From positions 1 to 42,343 of the IMG/VR virus record IMGVR_UViG_3300022897_000006: a stretch of 42,343 bases of DNA, one strand, 5' to 3'. The stretch is from a virus (lineage: Duplodnaviria; Caudoviricetes). Positions 24,747 to 33,707 of the stretch are shown one piece after another. Position numbers and translations under genes: made by a program. The notes under the pieces were generated by a model that worked only from the letters and a program-made list of their open reading frames with translations, searched no databases and was not told the DNA's origin. How positions within the stretch are numbered: the first letter of the stretch is position 1; every line of letters begins with the position of its first letter.

Positions 24747-24892
24747 TGATCGAACCAGGGCTCGGAGACCGCTTGTGCTTCTGCTGCAATCGGCCGGAAT
24801 CCAAGATCAACCATGTCCGTGTCGGGCGTGAGGGTAAGCCCATGGCGGAGCGGATGCGCAGGCTGATGTCTTGGTATGGAGGCCGGTCATGA
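24746..24892 (+). CDS. Small hypothetical protein (48 aa), not in ORF track
   Basis: MIEPGLGDRLCFCCNRPE...; TGATG and ATGA overlaps fill the gap exactly. Confidence 0.55.
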   Translation: MIEPGLGDRLCFCCNRPESKINHVRVGREGKPMAERMRRLMSWYGGRS

Positions 24893-25404
24893 TCGAGATC
24901 TCGTCCATCGAGACCTACAACCAGGGCTGGGACCAGTGGCCGCTAGGCGTGCGGCAGATGATCGCCATGGCCGAGGTCCACGGTTGGGCGGTCCGTACGG
25001 GCTTCAGCCGTGGTGAGGTCCCCGGCCGCAAGCGGGACACGTGGGCCATGCGGGACATGATCGGCGTCTGGGTGGACGGCTACGGCCATCGTGCGGTGGC
25101 TTGGTGGGAGCGCAATCCTGACTCGGACACCGTGTCCGGGTACTCCTGGAAGGCGGCCGGCACGGCTATCTGGCCTGGTGGGCGGCCAAGTCCGGGGACG
25201 CCCGCTTTCCCGTACGCCAACGTGGCCGACTTCAAGGAGTGGCTCACCATGCGCGGCGTGATGGCGGCCGATTTCATGAACCGGCACATTGTGCGGGAGT
25301 GCCCGCTCCAGGACGTGCCCTTGCCGCCCATCCAGGGATGCGAGTTGCCGCCGGCCATGCGCAAGCCCGCTAAGGTGGGCCGCAAGTCGGCCGAGGCGTC
25401 CTGA
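24889..25404 (+). CDS. Hypothetical protein
   Basis: GGAGG RBS before ATG 24889. Confidence 0.75.
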   Translation: MIEISSIETYNQGWDQWPLGVRQMIAMAEVHGWAVRTGFSRGEVPGRKRDTWAMRDMIGVWVDGYGHRAVAWWERNPDSDTVSGYSWKAAGTAIWPGGRPSPGTPAFPYANVADFKEWLTMRGVMAADFMNRHIVRECPLQDVPLPPIQGCELPPAMRKPAKVGRKSAEAS

Positions 25405-25418
25405 CACCGTACGACCAG

Positions 25419-25450
25419 GGAAAGGCCCGTCCATGGTGGCGGGCCTTTCC
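25419..25450 (+). terminator. Intrinsic terminator
   Basis: GGAAAGGCCCG / CGGGCCTTTCC arms. Confidence 0.75.
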
Positions 25451-25475
25451 TGTGTCCGGGCCTACCATGGTGACC

Positions 25476-25781
25476 ATGGCTGGCAGGGGGCGCTCACAAG
25501 GGGGGCGCCATGATCTGCACGGTGACTGGGCGGAACGTGCACGGCGCAAGGCCACGGTGGATGCGTGGGTGGGGCAGTGGGGATGGGTGTGCCCTGGGTG
25601 GCAGTGTGACATGCACCCAGCACGGGACCTGACCGCTGACCACGTGCTACCTGTGGGTGCTGGTGGTGAGACAGGTGGCGCACTAGGTGTGCTATGTAGG
25701 TCATGCAATGGACGCAAGGCAGCGCGAGTGCAGAGCACACCTAGTGTGCCCAGTGTTAGATCGAGAGATTGGCTCACATGA
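25476..25781 (+). CDS. HNH endonuclease, packaging-associated type
   Basis: CPGW...H...LTADHVLP...GG...LCRSCNGRK; upstream of terminase genes. Confidence 0.8.
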   Translation: MAGRGRSQGGRHDLHGDWAERARRKATVDAWVGQWGWVCPGWQCDMHPARDLTADHVLPVGAGGETGGALGVLCRSCNGRKAARVQSTPSVPSVRSRDWLT

Positions 25782-25794
25782 TGCGCGATGTGAC

Positions 25795-25875
25795 GGAGGG
25801 TAGGGGGGTGGGTAGCCATCGTCAAAACGGACATATCTCGACCCCACGCACCTATCGAGGGATTTCCCCCCGCCC
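25795..25875. other. Putative cos / genome-end region
   Basis: Non-coding gap between HNH and terminase operon with G-run (GGGGGGTGGG) then C-runs; exact cut site not determined. Confidence 0.45.
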
Positions 25876-25897
25876 AGCGATCGAGGAGTGACCTGGA

Positions 25898-26122
25898 GTG
25901 ACTGCACAGCGTGACCCATTGGGTCTGACCGATGAGCAGCGGCGGATCTCGGACGCAAACGAGCGTTACGGCCCCTGGATCGGCAAGATGTTGGTCGACT
26001 TCCCCGAGGGTGCCTCCGGTCTCCTGACCGTGCTCGATGCCTGCCCGCACTGCCGACAGATCCAGGGGCATGCGCCGGGTTGCCTCACCAACCTGACCAT
26101 TGATGGCGAGTGGTTTTCATGA
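25898..26122 (+). CDS. Hypothetical protein (CPHC...H...C)
   Basis: First ORF after the putative end region; GAGGAG upstream. Confidence 0.55.
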   Translation: MTAQRDPLGLTDEQRRISDANERYGPWIGKMLVDFPEGASGLLTVLDACPHCRQIQGHAPGCLTNLTIDGEWFS

Positions 26123-26135
26123 AAGCGGGCATTCC

Positions 26136-26417
26136 GTGCAGTTCTCCACCACGATCACCGGCATCATCACGGCGTTTGCCAGCGTCCTGACCGCGCTCGG
26201 GCTGGTGATCACGGCGTACGCCGGCCTCCAGCGCTCCCGTAAGGTCGAGACCAAGATCGACATCGTTCACAAGATCGTGAATCAGCAGCGCACGGACATG
26301 GGAAACTACCAGCGGGCCCTGATTCGGACCTTGGTCCAGCACGGGATCGAGGTCCCGGCGGACCAGAGTGTCCAGCCGGTGGAGCAAGGAGTGAGCGATG
26401 GCGTTCAAGATCGTTAA
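26136..26417 (+). CDS. Membrane protein with N-terminal TM and coiled coil
   Basis: TM IITAFASVLTALGLVITAYAGL; start uncertain. Confidence 0.65.
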   Translation: MQFSTTITGIITAFASVLTALGLVITAYAGLQRSRKVETKIDIVHKIVNQQRTDMGNYQRALIRTLVQHGIEVPADQSVQPVEQGVSDGVQDR

Positions 26418-26676
26418 GAACGGTGACGAGACGGAGATCCAGGCGGCCGTGGCCTGGATCGAGAGTCTGGGCATTTCCCGCAACGTGATCCGCGGCATCA
26501 CCGTGGATGCCCAGGTGGGCCAGCCGCTCACGGTCACAGCCACGCTCATGGTCCCCGAGCCGGAGGATTATTCGGTGCCGCGTCCCGTGGTCCACGGCGA
26601 TGAGGCGGTCAATGAGGCCGCCCGGCTGGAGCGCGAGTATGACGAGGTTGATCCGCGCGACAAGGGCCGATACTGA
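26398..26676 (+). CDS. Hypothetical protein
   Basis: AAGGAG RBS. Confidence 0.7.
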   Translation: MAFKIVKNGDETEIQAAVAWIESLGISRNVIRGITVDAQVGQPLTVTATLMVPEPEDYSVPRPVVHGDEAVNEAARLEREYDEVDPRDKGRY

Positions 26677-26677
26677 G

Positions 26678-26797
26678 ATGATCACGATCAAGTGGGCAAT
26701 CTGGCGTGTCGGTTACTGGGTCAGGCCCTATGACATGCTGCTGGATGCCCGGCGCTGGTTCTGGCAACCGCGCGGCCGATGCGGCTGGCCCTCGTGA
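26678..26797 (+). CDS. Small Trp/Arg-rich hypothetical protein (39 aa)
   Basis: Fills the gap; stop overlaps small terminase GTG. Confidence 0.45.
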   Translation: MITIKWAIWRVGYWVRPYDMLLDARRWFWQPRGRCGWPS

Positions 26798-27123
26798 CTC
26801 GCACCGAGCGCCTGGCCCACCTGGAGGTGGAGGCCGAGCGGCTCAAGGAGCGCCTGGACGTGCTGGACCGGCAGATCCAGGGTGACCCGGACGCCTGGCT
26901 CCAGATTCAGCTCCGGATGCCGGACACGGTGGCCGAGGTCTTCGTGGACAAGCTCCTTGCCGAGGCCCGCCAGCAGGCCCTGGCGTACGCGACCATTGTC
27001 AAGACCATCGAGCAACTGGCCGGGGAGGCGGGCGCCGGCAATACGGGTTCGCCGGAGGATGAGCTGGAGCAACGGCGCCGGGAGCGCGAGGCCGAGCGCC
27101 AGGCCGCGGCGGCCCGGGGATGA
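26794..27123 (+). CDS. terS: Terminase small subunit
   Basis: LLAEARQQ and DELEQRRRER motifs; directly precedes large terminase. Confidence 0.75.
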   Translation: MTRTERLAHLEVEAERLKERLDVLDRQIQGDPDAWLQIQLRMPDTVAEVFVDKLLAEARQQALAYATIVKTIEQLAGEAGAGNTGSPEDELEQRRREREAERQAAAARG

Positions 27124-28739
27124 CCATCACGGCCGAGCCCGGCCAGCTCTGGACGCCACCCCATGACCTCGTGCTGCCCGAGGACGTGGACTGGGACCTG
27201 GTGGTCCCGCGGGTCTGCCACTACCCGGTGGAGACCTACGCCTACAGCGCCGGCCTGGACGCCATCGAGTTGGCCGCGAGCGCCAGCCTGACCCTGGACA
27301 CCTGGCAACAGTTGGTCATTCAGCTCGGCCTGGGCAAGACGGCCGCCGGCCGCTGGGCAGCCTTCCAGGTGGCCCTGATCGTGGCCAGGCAGAACGGCAA
27401 GGGCGCGATCCTGGAGGCGCTGGAGCTCTACTGGCTGTTCATCTCCAACGAGCCGATGGTGGGCCACTCGGCGCACGAGTACAAGACCGCGATGGAGGCC
27501 TTCCGGCGGGTCCTGTTCTTGATCACCAACACGGATTGGCTCCGTAAGAAGGTCAAGAAGGTGATCAACACCAACGGCGAGGAGGGGATCGAGCTTCTCA
27601 ACGGCAACCGGCTGCGGTTCATGGCCCGCTCCAAGGGCGCCGGCCGCGGCTTCAGCTTCCACAAGCTGGTCTGGGACGAGGCGTACGCGCTCACGGGTGA
27701 GCAGCAGGACGCCCAGCTCCCCACGATGTCCGCCATGCCGGACCCCCAGGTCTGGCTGACCAGCTCCCCACCCCTGGATGCGGCCTCGGGCGCGGCCCTC
27801 TTCAGGCTCCGGCGCCTCGCGCTAGCCGCCGCACGGGATCTCGTGTTCCTGGACTACGGCGCCGCGGGCTCGCTCGATGATCTCTCGTCCATCGCGCTCG
27901 ATGACCGCGAGACGTGGAAGCGGACCAACCCGGCCTACGGCCAGCGAATCTCCATGATGGCCATCGAGCGCGAGCGCAACACGATGTCCGATATCGGATT
28001 CGCCCGCGAGCGCCTGTGCGTCTGGCCGCCCGACTTGACCGAGGGTTTCACGGTCATCTCCAAGGCCCAGTGGGACGCCATGGAGGACAGACGCTCGGGA
28101 TCGGGCCAGTGGGCGCCCGAGGACTTCCCGCACCCGGCCACACCGATGGCCGAACTGGCCAAGATGCGCCCCCCGACCCAACTCGTGGGCCGCCCCGCCC
28201 TGGCTCTCCACGTCTCGGCCCGTAATGCGGGCTCGGTCCGATCCTCGATCGGGCTGGCCAGCAAGCGCGCGGACGGCAAAGAGCACGTGGAGTTGATCAA
28301 GAACGGGCCGGGCTCGGGCTGGACGGTGGCCGATATCGTCAAACTGGCCATCAAGGTCAACGCCTGTGCCATCGTGATCGACCCCGGATCGCCGGCCGGG
28401 TCACTGCTGGCCGAGCTGGAGAATGCCGTCACCATCCCTCTCCCGATCGAGATCATCAAGAAGACCACGGCCGGGGACGTGGCCCGCGCTTTCGGCATGA
28501 TCTATGATGCGGCCACCAGCGATGACCCGAAAGACCACACCGTGGTCCACCTCGGCCAGAAGGAGCTGGGCCTGGCAGTCGGGGGAGCAGTGAAGCGCAA
28601 CGTGGGTGACGGGCACGCCTGGGACTCGCGCAACGCCACCACGGATCTGACCGGGCTCGTATCGATCACACATGCTCTCTGGGGCCTCCGGGAGTTCGGC
28701 AACGAGGATGAGGCGGTCCCGCTGGTGGTCTGGGCATGA
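27120..28739 (+). CDS. terL: Terminase large subunit
   Basis: VARQNGKG Walker A, LVWDEAY Walker B, LTSS, TNPAYG. Confidence 0.95.
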   Translation: MTITAEPGQLWTPPHDLVLPEDVDWDLVVPRVCHYPVETYAYSAGLDAIELAASASLTLDTWQQLVIQLGLGKTAAGRWAAFQVALIVARQNGKGAILEALELYWLFISNEPMVGHSAHEYKTAMEAFRRVLFLITNTDWLRKKVKKVINTNGEEGIELLNGNRLRFMARSKGAGRGFSFHKLVWDEAYALTGEQQDAQLPTMSAMPDPQVWLTSSPPLDAASGAALFRLRRLALAAARDLVFLDYGAAGSLDDLSSIALDDRETWKRTNPAYGQRISMMAIERERNTMSDIGFARERLCVWPPDLTEGFTVISKAQWDAMEDRRSGSGQWAPEDFPHPATPMAELAKMRPPTQLVGRPALALHVSARNAGSVRSSIGLASKRADGKEHVELIKNGPGSGWTVADIVKLAIKVNACAIVIDPGSPAGSLLAELENAVTIPLPIEIIKKTTAGDVARAFGMIYDAATSDDPKDHTVVHLGQKELGLAVGGAVKRNVGDGHAWDSRNATTDLTGLVSITHALWGLREFGNEDEAVPLVVWA

Positions 28740-30346
28740 GCGCGGGGAGCGAGATTGTACGGTTCGCCCGCGAACTTTCTAGGTGGACACCCGAGCCTGA
28801 CCCCACGGAGAAAGCCCGGGAAATCTTCGTTCAGCGCATGGGAGATCCCACCTTTCAGGGCTGGGTGGACTCGTTCCTGACCTTCCAGGGCCAGATCTAC
28901 CAGCCCAGCCACACGACCACCTACGCCGGCCAGAAGGCCGAGCCGGTCCTGGACACTTTTCTGGGCTACGTCTCCGGCGCCTACAAGAAGAACGGCGTCA
29001 TCTTCGCCACCTCCATGGCGCGGGCCCGGCTCTTTAGCGAGGCCCGCTTCAAGTTCCGCAAGCTTGGCTCCACCGGGGGCGGTAACGACCTGTTCGGCAA
29101 CCAGTCGCTGAAGCCGCTGGAGACCCCCTGGCCGGGCGGGACCACCCAGTCACTGCTCATGCGGGCAGAGCAGGACGTGACCGCTGGTGGAACGTTCTTC
29201 CTGGCCGAGTCCGAGCGTGGGGACCGCCTTCTCCGGCGCCGGCCGGACTGGATGGAATTCATCCTGGACGCGCCCCCCGATGAGGCGGTGGAAGCCAACA
29301 TCGTGGGCTATAAGTACACCGTGGGCGGGCCTTGGGCTGGCGGCAAGAGCAAGCTCTATCTCCTGGACGAGTGCATCCACTGGGCGCCGATCCCGGACCC
29401 GGACGCGATGTATCGCGGCATGTCCTGGTTGACTCCGATCATCACGGAGCTTCAGGGCGACACCATGGCCACCCAGCACAAGCTCTCATTCTTCGAGAAT
29501 GCGGCCACGCCGAATCTGTCCGTCAGTCTCAAGGAGAACATCGGCCCGGACGCTTTCGCCGAGTTTGTCCGCAAGATGCAGGAGGCCACCCGCGGACCCG
29601 AGAAGGCGTACGAAACGCTCTATACGGGCGGCGGGGCGGACGTTCGCGTGGTCGGCGCCAACATGCAACAGCTTTCGTTCGCCGAGACCATCGGTCACGG
29701 GGAGACCCGGATCGCTGCGGCCGGGGGCGTACCTCCGATCATCATCGGCCTGTCCGAGGGCCTGGCCGCCGCCACGTACTCCAACTACGGGCAGGCGCGG
29801 CGCGCCTTCGGGGACACCTGGGGGAGCAATCAGTGGCGCTCCTTCTGTGCGGCCGTGGCGCCCCTGGTCGAAGTGCCTGCGGACGCCGAGCTCTGGTATG
29901 ACACCCGGGATATCCCGTTCCTGCGCGAGGACCAGAAAGACCTGGCCGAGGTGGCCTCGGTCAACGCCGGCACACTGTCCACGCTGCTGGCCTCCGGCTG
30001 GACTCCGGAGAGCGCCCTGGCAGCCATGCTCGCCGAGGACTTCTCGCTCCTGGTCCACTCGGGCCTGATGAGTGTTCAGCTCCAGGCTCCGGGCGCCCAG
30101 GACGCCGAGACCGGCCCCACGCCGGCCGATGACGCCGCGGTCTTCTCCAGCAAGGTGGGTGACGTGGTCGCCCTGGCCGGGTCCTTCGATCCGGACTCGG
30201 CCGTGGCCGCGGCGGACGCCCAGGATCTCTCGCTCTTGGTGGTCCCCGAGCCTGAGGTGGACCCGAGCGTGGACCCGGAGACCGGCCTTCCTATCGATCC
30301 AGCAGCAGCAGACCCGGCCGTGGCCGAGGAGGGGACGCCAGGATGA
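28736..30346 (+). CDS. Portal protein (HK97-like)
   Basis: YRGMSWL...FFENAATP...RIAAAGGVPPIIIG...ATYSN; follows terminase. Confidence 0.93.
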   Translation: MSAGSEIVRFARELSRWTPEPDPTEKAREIFVQRMGDPTFQGWVDSFLTFQGQIYQPSHTTTYAGQKAEPVLDTFLGYVSGAYKKNGVIFATSMARARLFSEARFKFRKLGSTGGGNDLFGNQSLKPLETPWPGGTTQSLLMRAEQDVTAGGTFFLAESERGDRLLRRRPDWMEFILDAPPDEAVEANIVGYKYTVGGPWAGGKSKLYLLDECIHWAPIPDPDAMYRGMSWLTPIITELQGDTMATQHKLSFFENAATPNLSVSLKENIGPDAFAEFVRKMQEATRGPEKAYETLYTGGGADVRVVGANMQQLSFAETIGHGETRIAAAGGVPPIIIGLSEGLAAATYSNYGQARRAFGDTWGSNQWRSFCAAVAPLVEVPADAELWYDTRDIPFLREDQKDLAEVASVNAGTLSTLLASGWTPESALAAMLAEDFSLLVHSGLMSVQLQAPGAQDAETGPTPADDAAVFSSKVGDVVALAGSFDPDSAVAAADAQDLSLLVVPEPEVDPSVDPETGLPIDPAAADPAVAEEGTPG

Positions 30347-30915
30347 CCGACGTTACGCGCGCATTCACTGAGGCTCTCCATCCCCGGGACGCCGGCAAGT
30401 TCGCGGTCGCCCCCGGCTCGGGCAACAAGACCGTCAAGCCCAACACCCAACCCGCCGGCAAGGGCGGCAAGGGTAAGGGGAAAGGCAAGGGGGGCGGGGC
30501 CGCGGGCAAGAAGGCGCCAGCCGGGTCTCTGTCCTTCGACGGTAAGCGCGGCGCCGGGTACGGCACGCCGGGTGGGGACAAGCGGGTCCACTCGCTCCAG
30601 CAGGCCCTCAACCGGTTGGGGTTCGGCGATGCGGCCAACGCCAAACTAAAGGATGACGGCAAGCTGGGGCCCAAGACCACGGCCGCGATCAAGAAGGTTC
30701 AGCGGGCCATGGGGTTGAAGGCGGACGGCGTGGTGACCCCAGCGCTGCTCTCCAAGATCACCAAGGCCAAGAGCGCCAAGGACCTGAAGCCGCTCGCCAA
30801 GAAGGTGGCGGCCGCCAAGAAGATGCCGGACCGCGTGAAATCCGCCACGCCCACTCAGCGGACGGGCAAGAGCCCGGCCAAGAAGGCCGCCCCCGTTTCG
30901 TACAGCAGGAGCTGA
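30343..30915 (+). CDS. Lys-rich protein with peptidoglycan-binding domain, in head module
   Basis: VHSLQQALNRLG...DGKLGPKTTAAIKKVQRAMGLKADGVV; N-terminal HPRDAGKF. Confidence 0.8.
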   Translation: MTDVTRAFTEALHPRDAGKFAVAPGSGNKTVKPNTQPAGKGGKGKGKGKGGGAAGKKAPAGSLSFDGKRGAGYGTPGGDKRVHSLQQALNRLGFGDAANAKLKDDGKLGPKTTAAIKKVQRAMGLKADGVVTPALLSKITKAKSAKDLKPLAKKVAAAKKMPDRVKSATPTQRTGKSPAKKAAPVSYSRS

Positions 30916-30917
30916 TC

Positions 30918-31673
30918 ATGCCCGTCGAACTGATCGAGCGCACGTTTGAGCTGGACGATTTCGAGGTCAAGCGGTCCGACTCGCGCGGCCGGACCGTGAC
31001 CGCCTACGCGGCTGTCTTCGATCAGGAGACTGAGATCCGCGACCAGCACGGCCACTACTGGGAGGGCATCCACCGGTCCTCGTTCAACCGCACCCTGACC
31101 CGCGGCATCGAGCGGGTGGGCGTCTACTACAACCACGGCTATGACCTCTCCGGAAAGCCCAACGGGCTCCTGGCCGTCCCGTTCGCCACGCCGCTGGAGA
31201 TCAAGCCGGACGGCCGGGGTCTCTTGACCATTTCCCGCTACAACGATGGCGAGCTGGCGGACGCCGTGCTGGCCGCCTGGGAGGGTGGGCAGATCAAGGG
31301 CCAGAGCTTCCGCGGCCGGGTCTTCGACTCCCGCAAGCGTGGTCGCCGGGCGGGTGTGGAACGCATCGAACGCACCGAGCTGGGCCTGAAGGAGTACGGC
31401 CCCACACCCACGCCGGCCTACGACGGCGCCGGCCTGGTGGCGATTCGGTCCCGCCAGGACCTGGAGGAGCTTGTTCGGTCTATGATCAGCGACATCACGG
31501 GCACGCCCAGCGCCTCGCCCGCGAACAGTGCCACCTCGGCGACCGCCGAGCCCGGCACGTCTGGAGGATCGGTCGCCGAGGGCGACTCCCCTACCCGGAC
31601 TCGTCAGCGAATTCTCGCCATCAAGCGAGGCGCTCATGATCTGGGAGTGACCAGGAATGGCACGCAAGCGTAA
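30918..31673 (+). CDS. Prohead (capsid maturation) protease, HK97 family
   Basis: AYAAVFD...YNHG...GQSFRG...PAY. Confidence 0.9.
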   Translation: MPVELIERTFELDDFEVKRSDSRGRTVTAYAAVFDQETEIRDQHGHYWEGIHRSSFNRTLTRGIERVGVYYNHGYDLSGKPNGLLAVPFATPLEIKPDGRGLLTISRYNDGELADAVLAAWEGGQIKGQSFRGRVFDSRKRGRRAGVERIERTELGLKEYGPTPTPAYDGAGLVAIRSRQDLEELVRSMISDITGTPSASPANSATSATAEPGTSGGSVAEGDSPTRTRQRILAIKRGAHDLGVTRNGTQA

Positions 31674-33114
31674 GAGCACAGAGATCGAAGCGGATCTGGA
31701 GATCCGCCGTTCCGCCGTCCTGGCGGTCGAAGACGCCGAAGACCCATCGGACGAGGAGCTGACCCGCGCGGAGACCGCGCTGGCCGAGATCCCGGACCTG
31801 GAGGTGGAACGGGCCGCCGCGATCGAGCGCGAGGACGAGATCGAGCGTCTCCGTGGCCTCTCGTTCACCGAGGGTGCGACCGAGCCGGGCGACCAGCGGC
31901 CCACCGATGTCCAGCGGCGCCGGCCGGAGGCCCCCGAGGTGAAGCGCAACGTCGATCCGTTCGACGTGCTGCGCAGCAACACCAGTCACATGGGCGAGAA
32001 GGAGATCGTTCGCGCCCTCGCGGACGCGAACCTGAAGGCCATGGAAGACAAGGAGATGCCGGAAGGCTACGAAGACTCCTTCAAGAAGATGATCAAGCGT
32101 CACGGCAAGGACGTCTCCTGGGCCAAGAATCTGCTGGGTCGCCAGCGCCCGGAGTATGCCGAGGCGTGGGAGAAGGCCATGACCGGCCAGGAGATGCTCC
32201 TGTCCGACGTCGAGCGCGCGGCCATTGCCGTGGGCACCAACACAGCGGGCGGCTACCTCGTGCCGACCCACCTGGACCCCACCCTGATCCTGACCAACTC
32301 GGGCGCGTCCAACGTCATCCGCGGGATCTCGCGGGTGGTCACCCTGACCGGTGGCGCCAACAAGTGGAACGGTGTCACCACGGCGGGCTCCACGGCCTCC
32401 TGGGACGCCGAGCTGACTGAGGTCTCGGATGACACGCCGCCCGTGGGTCCGGCCCAGGTGCCGGTCTTCTCGGCCAAGAGCCTGATCATGGCCTCGATCG
32501 AGAGCTTCGAAGACATCACCGGCCTGGCCTCGGACGTCCAGATGCTGCTGGCCGATTCCAAGGACCGGCTGGAGGCCGTGGCGCACGCCACCGGCACCGG
32601 TTCGGGTCAGCCGACCGGCATCGTGACCGCGCTCACGGGCGTGGGTGCGAGCACGGTCTCCCTGGCCACCGGCGCCACGATCACCCTGGCGGACTTGCAG
32701 GCTGTCTGGCGGGCGCTGGGTGTCCGGTTCCGCGGCAAGGGCACCTGGGCGATGAACCCGCTTTTCCACGGCGCGATCCAGGCCCTGGGCACCGCGGTCT
32801 CGGCCAGCTACTCGACGGACATCACCCAGCCCTACACGGACCGGCTCCTGGGCCGCCCCGTGCTGGAGTCCGACGAGATGCCCTCCCTTCAGCAGACCAC
32901 CACGATCGACCCCATCTTGGTCTACGGCGACTTCAGTAACTTCGTCATCGTGGACAAGCCGGGCTCCACCTCGGTCGAGTTCATCCCGCATTTCTTCAAC
33001 ACGAGCAACAACCTCCCGGACGGCCGCCGCGGTTGGTACATGCATTTCCGGGGCGGTTCGGACTCCGTGAACGACGCTGCTTTCCGGCTCCTGGTCGACA
33101 AGACCACGGCGTAA
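31657..33114 (+). CDS. Major capsid protein, HK97 fold
   Basis: N-terminal coiled delta domain, AGGYLVP, GTGSGQPTGI, LLGRPV, YGDFSNF. Confidence 0.95.
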   Translation: MARKRKSTEIEADLEIRRSAVLAVEDAEDPSDEELTRAETALAEIPDLEVERAAAIEREDEIERLRGLSFTEGATEPGDQRPTDVQRRRPEAPEVKRNVDPFDVLRSNTSHMGEKEIVRALADANLKAMEDKEMPEGYEDSFKKMIKRHGKDVSWAKNLLGRQRPEYAEAWEKAMTGQEMLLSDVERAAIAVGTNTAGGYLVPTHLDPTLILTNSGASNVIRGISRVVTLTGGANKWNGVTTAGSTASWDAELTEVSDDTPPVGPAQVPVFSAKSLIMASIESFEDITGLASDVQMLLADSKDRLEAVAHATGTGSGQPTGIVTALTGVGASTVSLATGATITLADLQAVWRALGVRFRGKGTWAMNPLFHGAIQALGTAVSASYSTDITQPYTDRLLGRPVLESDEMPSLQQTTTIDPILVYGDFSNFVIVDKPGSTSVEFIPHFFNTSNNLPDGRRGWYMHFRGGSDSVNDAAFRLLVDKTTA

Positions 33115-33120
33115 CAAGCC

Positions 33121-33173
33121 CTAGGCCCTGGGTACCGAGATCCGTTAGAGCCGGACCTTTACCCAGGGCCTAG
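33121..33173 (+). terminator. Stem-loop after capsid gene
   Basis: CTAGGCCCTGGGTA / TACCCAGGGCCTAG arms. Confidence 0.65.
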
Positions 33174-33210
33174 GCCCCTACCCAGATCCGATCCGATCAA
33201 GGAGCCAGCG

Positions 33211-33627
33211 ATGGTGTACGACAAGAAGCGTTCCGGAGACCCGGACTACGACGATAAGGTTCCGCCGGCCGAGCACACCGCGGTCCAGACGGCGCCGGAC
33301 GGTACCAAGTACCGGGTCTACAAGGACCAGGGCCCGACCACCATGGACGGCGAGCACTTCAACCTCGCCGATCACGATCTGGCGGACCTGGACGGGGACA
33401 ACCGCCCGGCGCCGGGCGAGGTGGCCACCGAGGCCAGCTCGGTTCAGAGCTACGACCCGGCGGACGCCCCGAGCAACGAGGTGGACCCGTCCAGTCAGGA
33501 ACCGGCCTACTCGGGTGCGGACGTTCCGGTCCCGGCCGAGACTCCGGCCTCCGTGTTCGGGGGCGCCTCGGACGACTCGGGCGAGAAGCCCGCGCCGGCC
33601 AAGCGGACCAGCGCGGCCAAGAAGTAG
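33211..33627 (+). CDS. Acidic low-complexity hypothetical protein
   Basis: AAGGAG RBS; Pro/Asp/Ser-rich with basic tail. Confidence 0.75.
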   Translation: MVYDKKRSGDPDYDDKVPPAEHTAVQTAPDGTKYRVYKDQGPTTMDGEHFNLADHDLADLDGDNRPAPGEVATEASSVQSYDPADAPSNEVDPSSQEPAYSGADVPVPAETPASVFGGASDDSGEKPAPAKRTSAAKK

Positions 33628-33707
33628 TGATCTCCGGGGGCGCGTACCTGGCTGGGTTGCGCGCTCCCGGCTCTACCCAGCCTCACCCGGCCAGCGAGGA
33701 CGAGACC

